Below, piece after piece: positions 17,417 through 27,956 of a stretch of 64,000 nt of DNA. Location of the stretch: the sequence record OP292654.1; one strand, 5' to 3'. Below the pieces are notes generated by a model that made no database searches, had not been told where the DNA came from, and was given only the letters and a program-made list of their open reading frames with translations. The position numbers were made by a program, and so were the translations under genes. Position 1 is the first letter of the stretch. Each line of letters begins with the position of its first letter.

Positions 17417-17646
17417 AGCGTTATACGCAGGATTTAAGTACTTTAGGAATTATCTGAAAAAAAGTTAAGCCAGATAAAAAATGCTTGACTTTTAAAATGA
17501 ACAGGTAATCCCTTGACTTTTCTGTATATAACGTTAAAAGACTATGCTAAAAAATTTGACTTAGTAAAGGCCAGTAATGCTTAGCGGCCTTATAAACGGG
17601 GTATAAGTATTACCCCTAACAATAATTCCCCAATTAAGGAAAACAT

Positions 17647-18252
17647 ATGGAAAGCACAGCTTGTGGTTTGGCAAACCGTGAATGGAATTCTCGCCTGAAT
17701 CGTATTAAACAAAATGCTCATAACGGTTTATCCCTCGTAAACCTCGGCGAAGATTACTACACGAAGTTCCTCAAAATCTCGGAAGTACTGATACAGTTAC
17801 TTCTACAAATCGAAGATAAACTTCAAAATGGTCGAACCAGCGTCCTCAGCGATCAGGTCGAACACACTCTTTTAGAAATTGGCGGTACTATAGGTCTTAC
17901 TGTGACATATACTGTACAAGCTAATTCTTCCGCAATCACTATTGGTGACTTCTTTGATCCACACGTTCGCATTGGTATGCTTCGTACTGAATATGATTAT
18001 GAAGTACTGGAAGGTTATTCATTTGTCGGCCAGGGAATGATAGTACTCCAGGGTGCTGATACAGGGTACTATTCATCTAATGGCCTCGGTATGTTTGAAA
18101 CGTTAAAAGAAAGCATTGAGTACTTAAAGAATGACAAGTACCGTACTTTCATGATTTACGGGAAGCACATTGACACACCTATTGATTTAGTGTCATACAA
18201 AGGTGTTGTTGAACAGATTATTGAGAAAGCATCGGAGTTAGGATACATCTAA
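17647..18252 (+). CDS. Hypothetical ~200-aa protein, first of the tandem array
   Basis: AAGGA SD; size matches array members. Confidence 0.8.
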   Translation: MESTACGLANREWNSRLNRIKQNAHNGLSLVNLGEDYYTKFLKISEVLIQLLLQIEDKLQNGRTSVLSDQVEHTLLEIGGTIGLTVTYTVQANSSAITIGDFFDPHVRIGMLRTEYDYEVLEGYSFVGQGMIVLQGADTGYYSSNGLGMFETLKESIEYLKNDKYRTFMIYGKHIDTPIDLVSYKGVVEQIIEKASELGYI

Positions 18253-18253
18253 T

Positions 18254-18856
18254 ATGGATTACGAAAAGTACGAAAAACTGAAAGAAATGTTTCTTGGAAC
18301 GTGGGAACACCTTGTACCTAAGATGCCTATTCAAGATAAAGCATTTGTTCAGTTAACTGATGAATACGGTGCTTCAGTAGCACGATGGAGTGATGGTGAT
18401 GAATACCAGTACATCTTAAAGTTATTTGGTAACGGTGGAGGTTGGCAAGAGGACATTGTTTTCAGTATGTCATTTAACACTAGTACTCAATACTTAAGTA
18501 CTTTTGATCTTAACACTGATGGTATGCGTATTGCGTTCTGGAAAGAATCACATCCACGGTACTACGCATTATATGATCCTACTAATGCTAGGAATGGTCA
18601 GCAGCATACTTTCATATCTTTTCCTTTCCCTGAAGAATATTTCTTCCAGCGTATGACAGTACAGGAAACGTTACCTGAAGAAGATTACGCATTGTGGGAT
18701 GAACAGTGTGAGAAGATGATTAATGTACTAACCAGGAATGACCATCCTGCTTATTCTATTGGGATGGTACTGAAAGATTACAGTTTAGATGTACAGACAG
18801 TACTGGATTTACTAGTACCTTACTTAGAAGGAAAACATGATGCTTCAGACAATTAA
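18254..18856 (+). CDS. Paralogue-array protein (EExxFQxLT family)
   Basis: FPFPEEYFFQRMTV. Confidence 0.85.
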   Translation: MDYEKYEKLKEMFLGTWEHLVPKMPIQDKAFVQLTDEYGASVARWSDGDEYQYILKLFGNGGGWQEDIVFSMSFNTSTQYLSTFDLNTDGMRIAFWKESHPRYYALYDPTNARNGQQHTFISFPFPEEYFFQRMTVQETLPEEDYALWDEQCEKMINVLTRNDHPAYSIGMVLKDYSLDVQTVLDLLVPYLEGKHDASDN

Positions 18857-19463
18857 TTTTCAATATACACTGATTACACATTTACGTGAACTGTACTTGA
18901 AGATGTTTCCCAATATTGAGACATTGAAGACAGCGGGATATGGTAGTACTTTTGCTTATCGTACTACTAAGTACTATCCAGCATTTGGTTCTTCAGTAAC
19001 ATGTAACATTGTTGTCAACTATGATAATGCTAATTTAAGTTTTCATGGTGACAGGTTATATAAAAGTAATTCTGAGCAACTAGTTTCTATGACTACTCAT
19101 GAGCAGCGTCCACAATTAATTAGTACTTATGATGGTCATAGTCTTCGTACTGTTCCTAACGCAGAAAACCCATATTACTTCATGAAGGGCAATCATCCCA
19201 CAAAGGTATTTGAGATGCTTCATGAGAATGATCCAGAAGAATTAGAAGTTATGGAGTTCATGCTTATGTCTAAGTATGGTATGGTAGATTTAACTGCTAT
19301 ACTACTGAATCAGGTTCTTATCAATGAAGACGTTGGTATTCAGAAGTATACTATCAACCTACCGCCATTTGTTGGATTAGGTGAAGAACGAGAATCAGCG
19401 TTAAATGATTTGTATTACAGTACTGTATTAGGATTAGAGCATGAAGCCTCCAAAGTTGGATGA
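18837..19463 (+). CDS. Paralogue-array protein (divergent)
   Basis: ~200 aa, overlapping coupling, weak motif EELEVMEFMLM. Confidence 0.8.
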   Translation: MMLQTINFQYTLITHLRELYLKMFPNIETLKTAGYGSTFAYRTTKYYPAFGSSVTCNIVVNYDNANLSFHGDRLYKSNSEQLVSMTTHEQRPQLISTYDGHSLRTVPNAENPYYFMKGNHPTKVFEMLHENDPEELEVMEFMLMSKYGMVDLTAILLNQVLINEDVGIQKYTINLPPFVGLGEERESALNDLYYSTVLGLEHEASKVG

Positions 19464-20079
19464 AGTTGTACGACTAATGAAAGTACTGGATGACCTGTAT
19501 TGTATGTACAGGTTAGATGATGGATTAGGATTTACATTTCAGGTTAAGCAGTTAAGTACTGGTACAAATTATCGTATATCTGTAAATTCAAGCATAGCAT
19601 ACATAGAGATGCTTGATAAACCATTTGAGGGATGTACTGAATTTTTGTATTACGATGCGAATACCGAGCCATTCACGCCTGAAATATGGGATGATGTAAG
19701 AGCGATATTTCCCACACGATACCCATATTGGATGGCAAGTCGTGGAATCCGTCGTGCAAGTTTAGGAAGGTTAGATATGATGGCTCAGACATATCCTGTA
19801 CTACCGGCTGATATAAGTCTTGAACCTGATATAATTGATCCGATAATCTTTCAGAACCTCACACGTTATACAATGAATGAAGTCCTGACTCAGTTAATTG
19901 CTGTACAGATATATCCTCACAGGATGACTGAGTTTGAGAGGGATGAAAAAGGTTTCTTTAGTACGATGAAGTTAGATTATCGAGTACTGGATATTTTGAC
20001 GGAACAAGAGATATTAGAGTTAATAGAAGTTATTGAGACAGAGATACAGGAGCGGAAAGATGGTACAGACAACGTTTAA
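19441..20079 (+). CDS. Paralogue-array protein
   Basis: DPIIFQNLTR. Confidence 0.8.
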   Translation: MKPPKLDEVVRLMKVLDDLYCMYRLDDGLGFTFQVKQLSTGTNYRISVNSSIAYIEMLDKPFEGCTEFLYYDANTEPFTPEIWDDVRAIFPTRYPYWMASRGIRRASLGRLDMMAQTYPVLPADISLEPDIIDPIIFQNLTRYTMNEVLTQLIAVQIYPHRMTEFERDEKGFFSTMKLDYRVLDILTEQEILELIEVIETEIQERKDGTDNV

Positions 20080-20719
20080 GAACCTTTATGTACAAGATGC
20101 GTTTAAAGATGTATTGAAGATGTTGATGACACCATTTGAGACAAAAGTTCTAAATGACATATCATTCAAGAACGAAAATGTTCGTTGTCGTTTAGTACGA
20201 GCACGTGATGACAGGATGACATTCAATGCTTATGCTATTGGTGAAGATACAGATTATGAAATAATTCATTGTACATGTTTTTACGATACAGGCACAGTAG
20301 TATCTAATTTGCGTTCATCTCATTTCCGATTAAATTCGAATTGTGAGAACATAGGATTCAGTACGTACCGAAAGGGTAGTACCGAATTGTTAATAAGTCA
20401 TGCGATTAATATACAAAATATTGAGCATTGTACATTACAATATCCATTACACGAGGAACAAGTGTTTCAGGAGTTAACACGGTTTCCAGTACCTTTAGAA
20501 TCAGATATTGATTTATTCATGAATATTGGTTCATATGTAATGGAAGGTATTACGAAGTTCAAGGCATATTCATTCAACGCAGGATGGATTGCGGAAGATC
20601 AAATAGATGAAACAAACAAAGAAAGTATGGTACAATCAGTACGAGAAGTATTGGACGGATTGATTCAGGTTGAGAAAGACCGTATCGCAAAAGGTGATGA
20701 TTTTCAAGGAGATAAATAA
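20060..20719 (+). CDS. Paralogue-array protein
   Basis: YPLHEEQVFQELTR. Confidence 0.85.
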   Translation: MVQTTFKNLYVQDAFKDVLKMLMTPFETKVLNDISFKNENVRCRLVRARDDRMTFNAYAIGEDTDYEIIHCTCFYDTGTVVSNLRSSHFRLNSNCENIGFSTYRKGSTELLISHAINIQNIEHCTLQYPLHEEQVFQELTRFPVPLESDIDLFMNIGSYVMEGITKFKAYSFNAGWIAEDQIDETNKESMVQSVREVLDGLIQVEKDRIAKGDDFQGDK

Positions 20720-20810
20720 GTCTTCACCTTAAAAAAGCTGTTCAAAAAATAACCTAAAAAAATTTCCGCTTCTCATTATAGATATTAAGATATAATGGGC
20801 GGCGGCGACC

Positions 20811-21416
20811 GTGCGAGGGAAGCGTGTGAGAAATTGTGAGTTATTGAAGCAGTTTTATGAAGAACAGAATGTTTTAATTCAGATTGTGGATAATTTAGTA
20901 CTTGATAGTGTAAAGAAAGGTTCTTTCAGTACAAGTAATATGGGCGGCAAGAGTGGTACATTAGAGTACAGATTAGTTTGTACTTCTCATTGGGTACAAC
21001 TAAAAATCTTTGATACTAATTACGTATTTGAATACAGTATGGATTTCGAGTTCGATAGTTGGGATTGTTGTCAATTCTTTGGTGAACCATTAAGTTCAGG
21101 TATTAACTTCGGTAGAGTACAGGATGATGATAAGATATGGATACAAGACATAGAACGTCTGAAAGTACTTCAGTATCCTGTACCAGAGGAACAGTACTTT
21201 CAGTACTTAACTTTATTTGATATGAGTACTGAGGATTTATATCAGTACTTTGTGAACATTAAGAAAGAACATCAATGCGTATTACAGTTAATGGCAGAAG
21301 ACAGTACTGGTATTGAACAGTTCACTAATTTTCTTAATGATCCTGGTAGTACAAAGAAAGTACGAGATGATATTAGGATGATAGAGTACGCATTTAGACA
21401 GACGGCAAAATTATGA
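20811..21416 (+). CDS. Paralogue-array protein
   Basis: YPVPEEQYFQYLTL; start uncertain. Confidence 0.8.
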   Translation: MRGKRVRNCELLKQFYEEQNVLIQIVDNLVLDSVKKGSFSTSNMGGKSGTLEYRLVCTSHWVQLKIFDTNYVFEYSMDFEFDSWDCCQFFGEPLSSGINFGRVQDDDKIWIQDIERLKVLQYPVPEEQYFQYLTLFDMSTEDLYQYFVNIKKEHQCVLQLMAEDSTGIEQFTNFLNDPGSTKKVRDDIRMIEYAFRQTAKL

Positions 21417-21994
21417 TAGAAGTACTGAAAACATTACATGAGATAGTGAAAGAACTACCTAAGTTAAGAGATAAACCATTTGTTCTTAAAACAAGTGATA
21501 CTAATATCGAGCATGATTATGTGAGTACTGGTTATCAGATACAGCATTCTTTTAGTGTTAAAGAATCTGACAATCCCGCTCACCACCAAAAGCAAATAAA
21601 TTTCACATTAAGTAGAAGTTCTATTTGTCATGTAGCAGCATCAGTACAAACATTATGTTCATTAAGTGTTGTGTATGATGTAGCTTGGTTTTTCAATAAT
21701 ATTTCCAAGATACATCATCAAATTTCTATGAATAACATTCCTGAGAGTAATGCGTACTTTATGAGTACTGGTGGTAATGTAGTTGCTATATTACCAGAAC
21801 AGATTACAGAGGAATGGATGTTCCAGTTATTAACTTTACATGATATACCGTACTTTGAAGATATGACTGAATATGATGCTATTCACAATACTATCAGAGA
21901 ACTTCCATTCAAAATGAGTTTCAATTTCACCTACAATGAACTGTACTGGAGTACGTTCTTAGAACAAATAAAAAGGTACTTAGATGAAGCGTGA
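21413..21994 (+). CDS. Paralogue-array protein
   Basis: ITEEWMFQLLTL. Confidence 0.85.
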   Translation: MIEVLKTLHEIVKELPKLRDKPFVLKTSDTNIEHDYVSTGYQIQHSFSVKESDNPAHHQKQINFTLSRSSICHVAASVQTLCSLSVVYDVAWFFNNISKIHHQISMNNIPESNAYFMSTGGNVVAILPEQITEEWMFQLLTLHDIPYFEDMTEYDAIHNTIRELPFKMSFNFTYNELYWSTFLEQIKRYLDEA

Positions 21995-22580
21995 AGATTT
22001 CAGTACTCCTGAAACGTTTTATATGATTCGTTATGTATATCAGTTGTATCTTCAGATGGAAGAAAAGTATTCTCATTTGAAGGATATTGAAGAAAGTTAT
22101 AATTTTGAATTCATTAACTTCAGAGGTACTGGTCAGAATGTTGTAATGCGACCCAATTACTTCGCTGTATATGATGAAACGGACACAGAATATCCAGTAT
22201 TTCATATAGAAAGTATTTCACGAGAACACGCAGTTTGGGCTGAATTTTCCTTGTCAGACAGTGAGTTTCAGTGGTACAATGCTAGATACAATGATAGTTT
22301 ATGTATTGTTGTCGGAGATCACCCTAAGAATTGGCAGAAGCGTTACATTGGACTGAATAGTAGTTCTAATGCGAATGAAGTCTTTGATGAATATGGTGAA
22401 GAATATTTCTTCCAACAACTAACAGTACAGAACATTATTCCATACGAATTATTCCAGCAAGAAGTTAACTGGTACTATAATCTAGTTCTTCCTAATTTAT
22501 TACGTGAAGATCTTATGATTAATATTCCCAATATGGAATTATTCAATTTAAAAACACTTGAAGGGTTCAGGGTAATATGA
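21984..22580 (+). CDS. Paralogue-array protein
   Basis: YGEEYFFQQLTV. Confidence 0.85.
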   Translation: MKREDFSTPETFYMIRYVYQLYLQMEEKYSHLKDIEESYNFEFINFRGTGQNVVMRPNYFAVYDETDTEYPVFHIESISREHAVWAEFSLSDSEFQWYNARYNDSLCIVVGDHPKNWQKRYIGLNSSSNANEVFDEYGEEYFFQQLTVQNIIPYELFQQEVNWYYNLVLPNLLREDLMINIPNMELFNLKTLEGFRVI

Positions 22581-23011
22581 TTGTATTTCATGCTAGTACT
22601 GTGAAGATTGAGGAATTCTATATTCCTTATGGTGGTTTACATGTAGGTGGATACCAGAGTGCTATTGAATGTGCTTTACGTAAGTTATATGAAGGCCGTG
22701 GTAAAGGACATAGCATTGACCACATACACATTCATCAGTGCGAACTTATCAGTACTAACCCTTATGAATCTTTTGATGAAGGTTCAGATGATGGATGGCG
22801 TAAATTACATAATGTACTTCTACGTGATAATGTCATTTTCGATTCTATTAAATATATCAACGAATATGAACCGGACATTATGCCATCCTTCTGCCTTTTT
22901 GATACAACAAATATTAAAATTTTAGACCATAGCACAATGCATATGGACGTAGCAGAAGATATACTAAATGGACAATTTACATTCGAAGGCTATAAAGGAA
23001 GCTATTACTAG
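22577..23011 (+). CDS. Possible ADP-ribosyltransferase-fold protein
   Basis: N-terminal VFHAS, GGLHVG, and DSIKYINEYE...SFCLFD pattern resembling phage ART-like domains. Confidence 0.45.
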   Translation: MIVFHASTVKIEEFYIPYGGLHVGGYQSAIECALRKLYEGRGKGHSIDHIHIHQCELISTNPYESFDEGSDDGWRKLHNVLLRDNVIFDSIKYINEYEPDIMPSFCLFDTTNIKILDHSTMHMDVAEDILNGQFTFEGYKGSYY

Positions 23012-23666
23012 CGATGATGACTTTATGGCAGAACTACAAGCAGAATTCGCTGCTCAGATAACCACAGAAATTGATCTTGAATTAACAAAACGAATAATTC
23101 AATTTTGTTATGAGGATTATGAGGATGTGTTTCTTAAAGAATTATATCTAGTTCGACAAATGTTACCACTACTGGAAATTATAGAGAACTATTGTATTTC
23201 TAATCCAGACTTTACTGACATTTATTCTGATTGTGGTCAATTTCGTATTCAGCATGTGAAGGATAATTGTGTACATGTCTATATGAAATTTACATCTAAC
23301 AATCATTCTTCATGGCATGATGCTGCGTTAATTCACTTCAGTGATATTAATGATGGGAATGTTGTTACTCAGGACAAGTTTTCGTATTCTCCATTGAATA
23401 AAGGTATGAAAGTACTTGACTGTACTGATTACCGATTGGATGATAATTTGGAACATGATGAAGCATGGTACTTCCAAAAATTGACTCAGGTAGATTTGCC
23501 GCCAGAAGAATATTTTATTGGAGTTCAACGGACTTTAGAAAATCTTTGGGCTGGTAATTTTGTGTCATTGACGATCAATATGGACAGGATTTTTAATGAC
23601 AGTCATATTGAATCATATAGAAAATTAGTACATAAATTGGAAGAAGATAATGCTGAATATAATTGA
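22968..23666 (+). CDS. Paralogue-array protein
   Basis: HDEAWYFQKLTQ. Confidence 0.85.
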   Translation: MDNLHSKAIKEAITSDDDFMAELQAEFAAQITTEIDLELTKRIIQFCYEDYEDVFLKELYLVRQMLPLLEIIENYCISNPDFTDIYSDCGQFRIQHVKDNCVHVYMKFTSNNHSSWHDAALIHFSDINDGNVVTQDKFSYSPLNKGMKVLDCTDYRLDDNLEHDEAWYFQKLTQVDLPPEEYFIGVQRTLENLWAGNFVSLTINMDRIFNDSHIESYRKLVHKLEEDNAEYN

Positions 23667-24093
23667 AAACATCGATCCTATCAATTTTATTATCCAGGAT
23701 GTTTTAAGTAACATTAATGGATTAGAACTTGCTCCTAAGAATAACTTTTACATAGGCGAAGGATATTCCTTGGATGTTCAGGAAGTACGTAAGAATGTTT
23801 ACAAGTTAAAAGTACGAACACAGAACTTACAAGATTTATGTAACATTGGTATTGACAAGAAGAATCTTGTAATACGTTACAGTCCTGAATTTTTCTTCGT
23901 TCAGGCGGGAACAGAATTGAGTACTAATCTCTTTGAAGGTTCCTTTAGTTTAGAAGAACTCCCTACTGCTTTTGAAAATAATGGTCAGGTTTTTGGCTTG
24001 CCAGTTCAATTTGATTATGATACCATGCAGGAAACGATTACGATGTGCCGTAGAGTCCATGAGGAATTCTTGCGGAAATTAACCACGTCATAA
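23650..24093 (+). CDS. Hypothetical protein
   Basis: Coupled ORF. Confidence 0.75.
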   Translation: MLNIIENIDPINFIIQDVLSNINGLELAPKNNFYIGEGYSLDVQEVRKNVYKLKVRTQNLQDLCNIGIDKKNLVIRYSPEFFFVQAGTELSTNLFEGSFSLEELPTAFENNGQVFGLPVQFDYDTMQETITMCRRVHEEFLRKLTTS

Positions 24094-24173
24094 CAAAACC
24101 GTACTCAAGGATGGGTATAAATACTTTTAGAGCACCAGATCGGTGTATTAAAAGAGTTCAAGGGAGTGAACGC

Positions 24174-24650
24174 ATGAATATTATTCACAAAGAGAACGGG
24201 CCGATTGATGATGTGATCTCAAAAGAAGCCTTTGAAGTACATGGGATTATGTTTAACATCAAGGACATTGTACAATGCCTTTTTCTATGTAGTTCGACAA
24301 TGTACGAATTTTTCAATAATCCAATGTGTAATTGCTTTGCTGTTACGATTAACAGTACTGATAAATGGATTATGGCAACACCCATGACAATGAATACAGA
24401 ATTCAATGAATGTGTGATGCGGAACAATAAAGATAAGACTCCACAATCTGAAGTGGAGAAACTAAGAAACACATATACAAAACCTGATGATAAACATATT
24501 TTGATGTTCTTATCTAAAGGCTATGTCATGGATAATTTTACAGTACGTGAAAGTTATCACGATTTCCTCTTTACAGAGGGTGAGCCACATGTTATGATTA
24601 CCGCTGAAGACATAGAAAGTTTAACACTAAAGAACCCATACGTGGAGTAA
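24174..24650 (+). CDS. Hypothetical protein
   Basis: GGGAG SD before ATG 24174. Confidence 0.75.
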   Translation: MNIIHKENGPIDDVISKEAFEVHGIMFNIKDIVQCLFLCSSTMYEFFNNPMCNCFAVTINSTDKWIMATPMTMNTEFNECVMRNNKDKTPQSEVEKLRNTYTKPDDKHILMFLSKGYVMDNFTVRESYHDFLFTEGEPHVMITAEDIESLTLKNPYVE

Positions 24651-24653
24651 GAA

Positions 24654-24833
24654 ATGGCTAAGTCCAAGAAGAAAAGTACTCAAGAAGTACCTGACGTTCA
24701 GAACTTCGTTGCGAAGCATATGAACACTTTCAACAAAGCAGCAACGCATGTTGATCGTAAAAAAGATTCGAAGAATGGAAAGATTAAACACAAAGGACGC
24801 TATGATGCGTCCTTTGACGTTTCTAAGGGTTAA
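24654..24833 (+). CDS. Small basic protein missing from the ORF track (MAKSKKK...NFVAKHMNTFNKAATHVDRKK...KHKG)
   Basis: GGAG SD; N.VAK....FNKA..H.DRKK..KHK pattern recalled from small basic phage proteins. Confidence 0.7.
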   Translation: MAKSKKKSTQEVPDVQNFVAKHMNTFNKAATHVDRKKDSKNGKIKHKGRYDASFDVSKG

Positions 24834-25695
24834 TACTTTGTTGGACTTTAAAGCACATTCACTTAAGGAACATCTGGATCATATATTCAATGGTCCAATT
24901 GATTCCCCACTTATGTTAGGTCATGATTCACCAAGAACGAACCGTGGCAACACTGGATTCACACAAGATATAAAAACTCATGAAGGTACATTTATTAAAG
25001 CTAGAAGTGTTGTACATCCAACGTTACGAGAATTTAATATCCTCGGAAATCGTATGCACTATCATCTGAGTACTTTTAAGGAGATAATCAGTTTTAAAAA
25101 TGTTTATTCTAAGATTAAAATAAACAAGAAAGGTGAAACTAGGGTTCATTCTAAATCGTACCATTTCGGTGAAAGAAATATTGAAGTTAACTATGAGGAC
25201 AGAACTTATAAATCTATTTGTTTTGGTTCTCATACTTATACTCGTCGTATACTAAAAAATGGAATAACTAATTATTCTATTACATTTCCGTATACTGGTT
25301 GTGAATTGTATGAAACTTATAATAGTAAAGGAGTATGTACAGAAAGTCTCTTTCATTTTCCTTATGAATCAGGAAATGGTTCAATTCAACTTCATCTAAT
25401 TAATGGTTCAGTTGAGTTCTTCTGTAAAGGTGATTCAAAAACTGATTATATGTTAAAGAATATTAAATTACCAGAACTGAAAGATGCGAGTATTGTTAAT
25501 CTGTACAATGAATATAACTGTTTCTTTATTGATTTAATGATTCCAGATTCTGGATTATATGAAGCATATCAATATGGTTTAGAACAGTTGCGTACTTTAG
25601 TACAGGAAAGGTCTGAAACTGCTCCTTACGATAAGGATGTATTTCGGAATATGTTAGCACAAATTAGCGAGAACACAATAAAATATGAAACGTAA
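24748..25695 (+). CDS. Hypothetical protein (true start probably downstream of 24800)
   Basis: Long ORF. Confidence 0.75.
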   Translation: MLIVKKIRRMERLNTKDAMMRPLTFLRVNTLLDFKAHSLKEHLDHIFNGPIDSPLMLGHDSPRTNRGNTGFTQDIKTHEGTFIKARSVVHPTLREFNILGNRMHYHLSTFKEIISFKNVYSKIKINKKGETRVHSKSYHFGERNIEVNYEDRTYKSICFGSHTYTRRILKNGITNYSITFPYTGCELYETYNSKGVCTESLFHFPYESGNGSIQLHLINGSVEFFCKGDSKTDYMLKNIKLPELKDASIVNLYNEYNCFFIDLMIPDSGLYEAYQYGLEQLRTLVQERSETAPYDKDVFRNMLAQISENTIKYET

Positions 25696-26014
25696 ATTGA
25701 AGTTCATTAATGATGCTCCTAAGTACATATGGTTAGGCAAACGTGGGAAACCTCGTATTGCTGAAGAAGTAGAATTCCATGATGGAAGTACTATATACAT
25801 TTCGGATGCTCCTAACTACAAGGCTGCGATGGAACGTATTTTTAATTCATCAATTCAGATGGATGAAAATAGTGCTGCGAAGTACATGTTCGCCCTGGCT
25901 CATGTGATGGATGATGAAGATGAAGATAATTTCTATCTGCTATTGACAGACTTCAGCGAATGGCATACAATGCTAAGTACAGATTATTCCGACACAAAAG
26001 ATGAAACGGAATAA
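25685..26014 (+). CDS. Hypothetical protein
   Basis: Coupled ORF. Confidence 0.75.
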   Translation: MKRKLKFINDAPKYIWLGKRGKPRIAEEVEFHDGSTIYISDAPNYKAAMERIFNSSIQMDENSAAKYMFALAHVMDDEDEDNFYLLLTDFSEWHTMLSTDYSDTKDETE

Positions 26015-26059
26015 ATTATTGTGGTATAATGTACACACCTAAAACGAGAGGGTTATAAA

Positions 26060-26452
26060 ATGAACACATCACATTCGGGTTACTTAAAGGCGATTACTGG
26101 TGTAGTACTAATTAGGAAAGATGGTACTGACATGCTTTGTTGCGTAGAAGATCTCACCCGTACTAAGCACTTCACTATTGGTCAGATCTTCAACGCAGTA
26201 CGTGTACTGTATGGAAAGTCAGTAGAGCAATACGGGAAGTTGTGGCCTCATTACAAAGATGAAAATGAGAACATCTCGAACGACTGGAAAGCCCTGTCGC
26301 AAGCTCATGAAAACTGTGATACTGATTACGAGTTCCTGGTGGAAGCATGTAAGCAGTTGAACGAAGAAGTACCGGAAATTGTTGCTAAAGCAGAAGTTGA
26401 AAAACGTATTCAAATGCTTAAAGACGCAATTACCGAATACACCGCAGAATAA
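26060..26452 (+). CDS. Hypothetical protein
   Basis: GAGG SD; upstream TGGTATAAT. Confidence 0.8.
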   Translation: MNTSHSGYLKAITGVVLIRKDGTDMLCCVEDLTRTKHFTIGQIFNAVRVLYGKSVEQYGKLWPHYKDENENISNDWKALSQAHENCDTDYEFLVEACKQLNEEVPEIVAKAEVEKRIQMLKDAITEYTAE

Positions 26453-26475
26453 ACAAAAACTCAAGGAAGATTATT

Positions 26476-26832
26476 ATGTCAAACGGAAATGACAAATTCA
26501 ACATGTTCGAAGATTTTGAAGAACCAAAAGTACGTAAAGTACTACACGATGACTCTTATGATTCAAATGATGTTGAAAACGAATATGGTGACACTGATGA
26601 AGTTGAAATTGTAAGTGTTACTATGAAAACTGAAAGTCGTAAAAAGTTCGCAGCTTCAGTAATTGCTCGTTCTCAAGAAGAATATGAGACTTACATTGAA
26701 GGTGTATACTTCGAGACGCATAAGCATCCTGTTACTGGTGAAGATTATCAAGTTAAGGTTACAGTACTAAAACCTGAAATCAACCCACAAGAACTTCTAC
26801 GTCCAGCTTACGCTTACAGTACTAACCATTAA
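26476..26832 (+). CDS. Acidic hypothetical protein
   Basis: AAGGA SD; terminator at 26837-26856. Confidence 0.8.
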   Translation: MSNGNDKFNMFEDFEEPKVRKVLHDDSYDSNDVENEYGDTDEVEIVSVTMKTESRKKFAASVIARSQEEYETYIEGVYFETHKHPVTGEDYQVKVTVLKPEINPQELLRPAYAYSTNH

Positions 26833-26868
26833 TAGAAGGGGCTTTTGCCCCTTTTTTGCGTATAAGGT

Positions 26869-27201
26869 TTGAATCTCATGTTAATGTATTTTGCTATTAC
26901 CTATTTTACTATTGGTATCCTGTTCGCATTATATATCATTGGAGCACATTTCCGTGCTTGCTTCGAATATATTCGCCAGCTTTATACTGCTAAGTATGTT
27001 CGTCCTAACGATATTGAAACGTACTTTGGAGTACAATATTGGGGTTGGAGCAACAATGATAGCTGGGGCGAAGTACTTATCATGAGTACTATGCCAGCTC
27101 TCCTATTTGCTATGATTGGGTTTATTGCGTGGCCTATTGGTAGTTTCTTTTTCCTGAACCGCAGCATTCAACGTGCTCGTGAACGTATTGAGAATGAATA
27201 A
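26869..27201 (+). CDS. Membrane protein (2 TM)
   Basis: Two hydrophobic segments. Confidence 0.75.
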   Translation: MNLMLMYFAITYFTIGILFALYIIGAHFRACFEYIRQLYTAKYVRPNDIETYFGVQYWGWSNNDSWGEVLIMSTMPALLFAMIGFIAWPIGSFFFLNRSIQRARERIENE

Positions 27202-27956
27202 TGAAAATTAAAGAGTACATGGATTATCAACATTCTACGTACACTGAAATTATGAACATCGGCAAAAATATTGATCCCAAGTTACTTGGGATCTTAAATT
27301 ATGAAGATTTGTTCAATGATAAGTACAGGAATAGGCAGTACCAAGAATGGTATTATGAATTAATCCATCCAAAGGTTTCTGAATTCAGAAACAATTGTGC
27401 TATGTATCTTCATAACGTATTATCTAATATTATCAATGAAGCATCCTTAGTACTACCCAATACTGGTTATCTTACTAGTACTGGTGAAGAAACAATGACA
27501 TTTGATTGTCGTATCCCATCTGATTACATACCATGTGTAGAACTTGAAGGAATTATTGAAGGCGTTCGTGCTCTTGAATACAAGTATCAGATTCGCCCAT
27601 ATTGGAATCGTAGTCCTTATACTCTAACTGGTAATAACGAAACAATAACTGTTATGACTTATGGTGGAGTAATTGAATTCATTGATGAAAATCGTAAACA
27701 ATTTAGTCGCAGTTTTGGTGAAACAAATTTAGGTAAACTTGAACGTTCAGTTCATTTACGTAATACTAAGTTCGATTATGATATTCACATACCCCAATTA
27801 ACACCTTCTGAAGATCGTTCGGTGTCTGGAAAATATGAAGAAGCAGTACGTCGCCATTTGATTCTACAGAAGCTTATGGAAAATGAATGTACTGGTATCA
27901 TGTATAGCAGTACTATTGATGAAGAAGGTAATGTAACTTTACAAGAGATTGATTAA
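27201..27956 (+). CDS. Hypothetical protein
   Basis: TAATG coupling. Confidence 0.8.
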   Translation: MKIKEYMDYQHSTYTEIMNIGKNIDPKLLGILNYEDLFNDKYRNRQYQEWYYELIHPKVSEFRNNCAMYLHNVLSNIINEASLVLPNTGYLTSTGEETMTFDCRIPSDYIPCVELEGIIEGVRALEYKYQIRPYWNRSPYTLTGNNETITVMTYGGVIEFIDENRKQFSRSFGETNLGKLERSVHLRNTKFDYDIHIPQLTPSEDRSVSGKYEEAVRRHLILQKLMENECTGIMYSSTIDEEGNVTLQEID

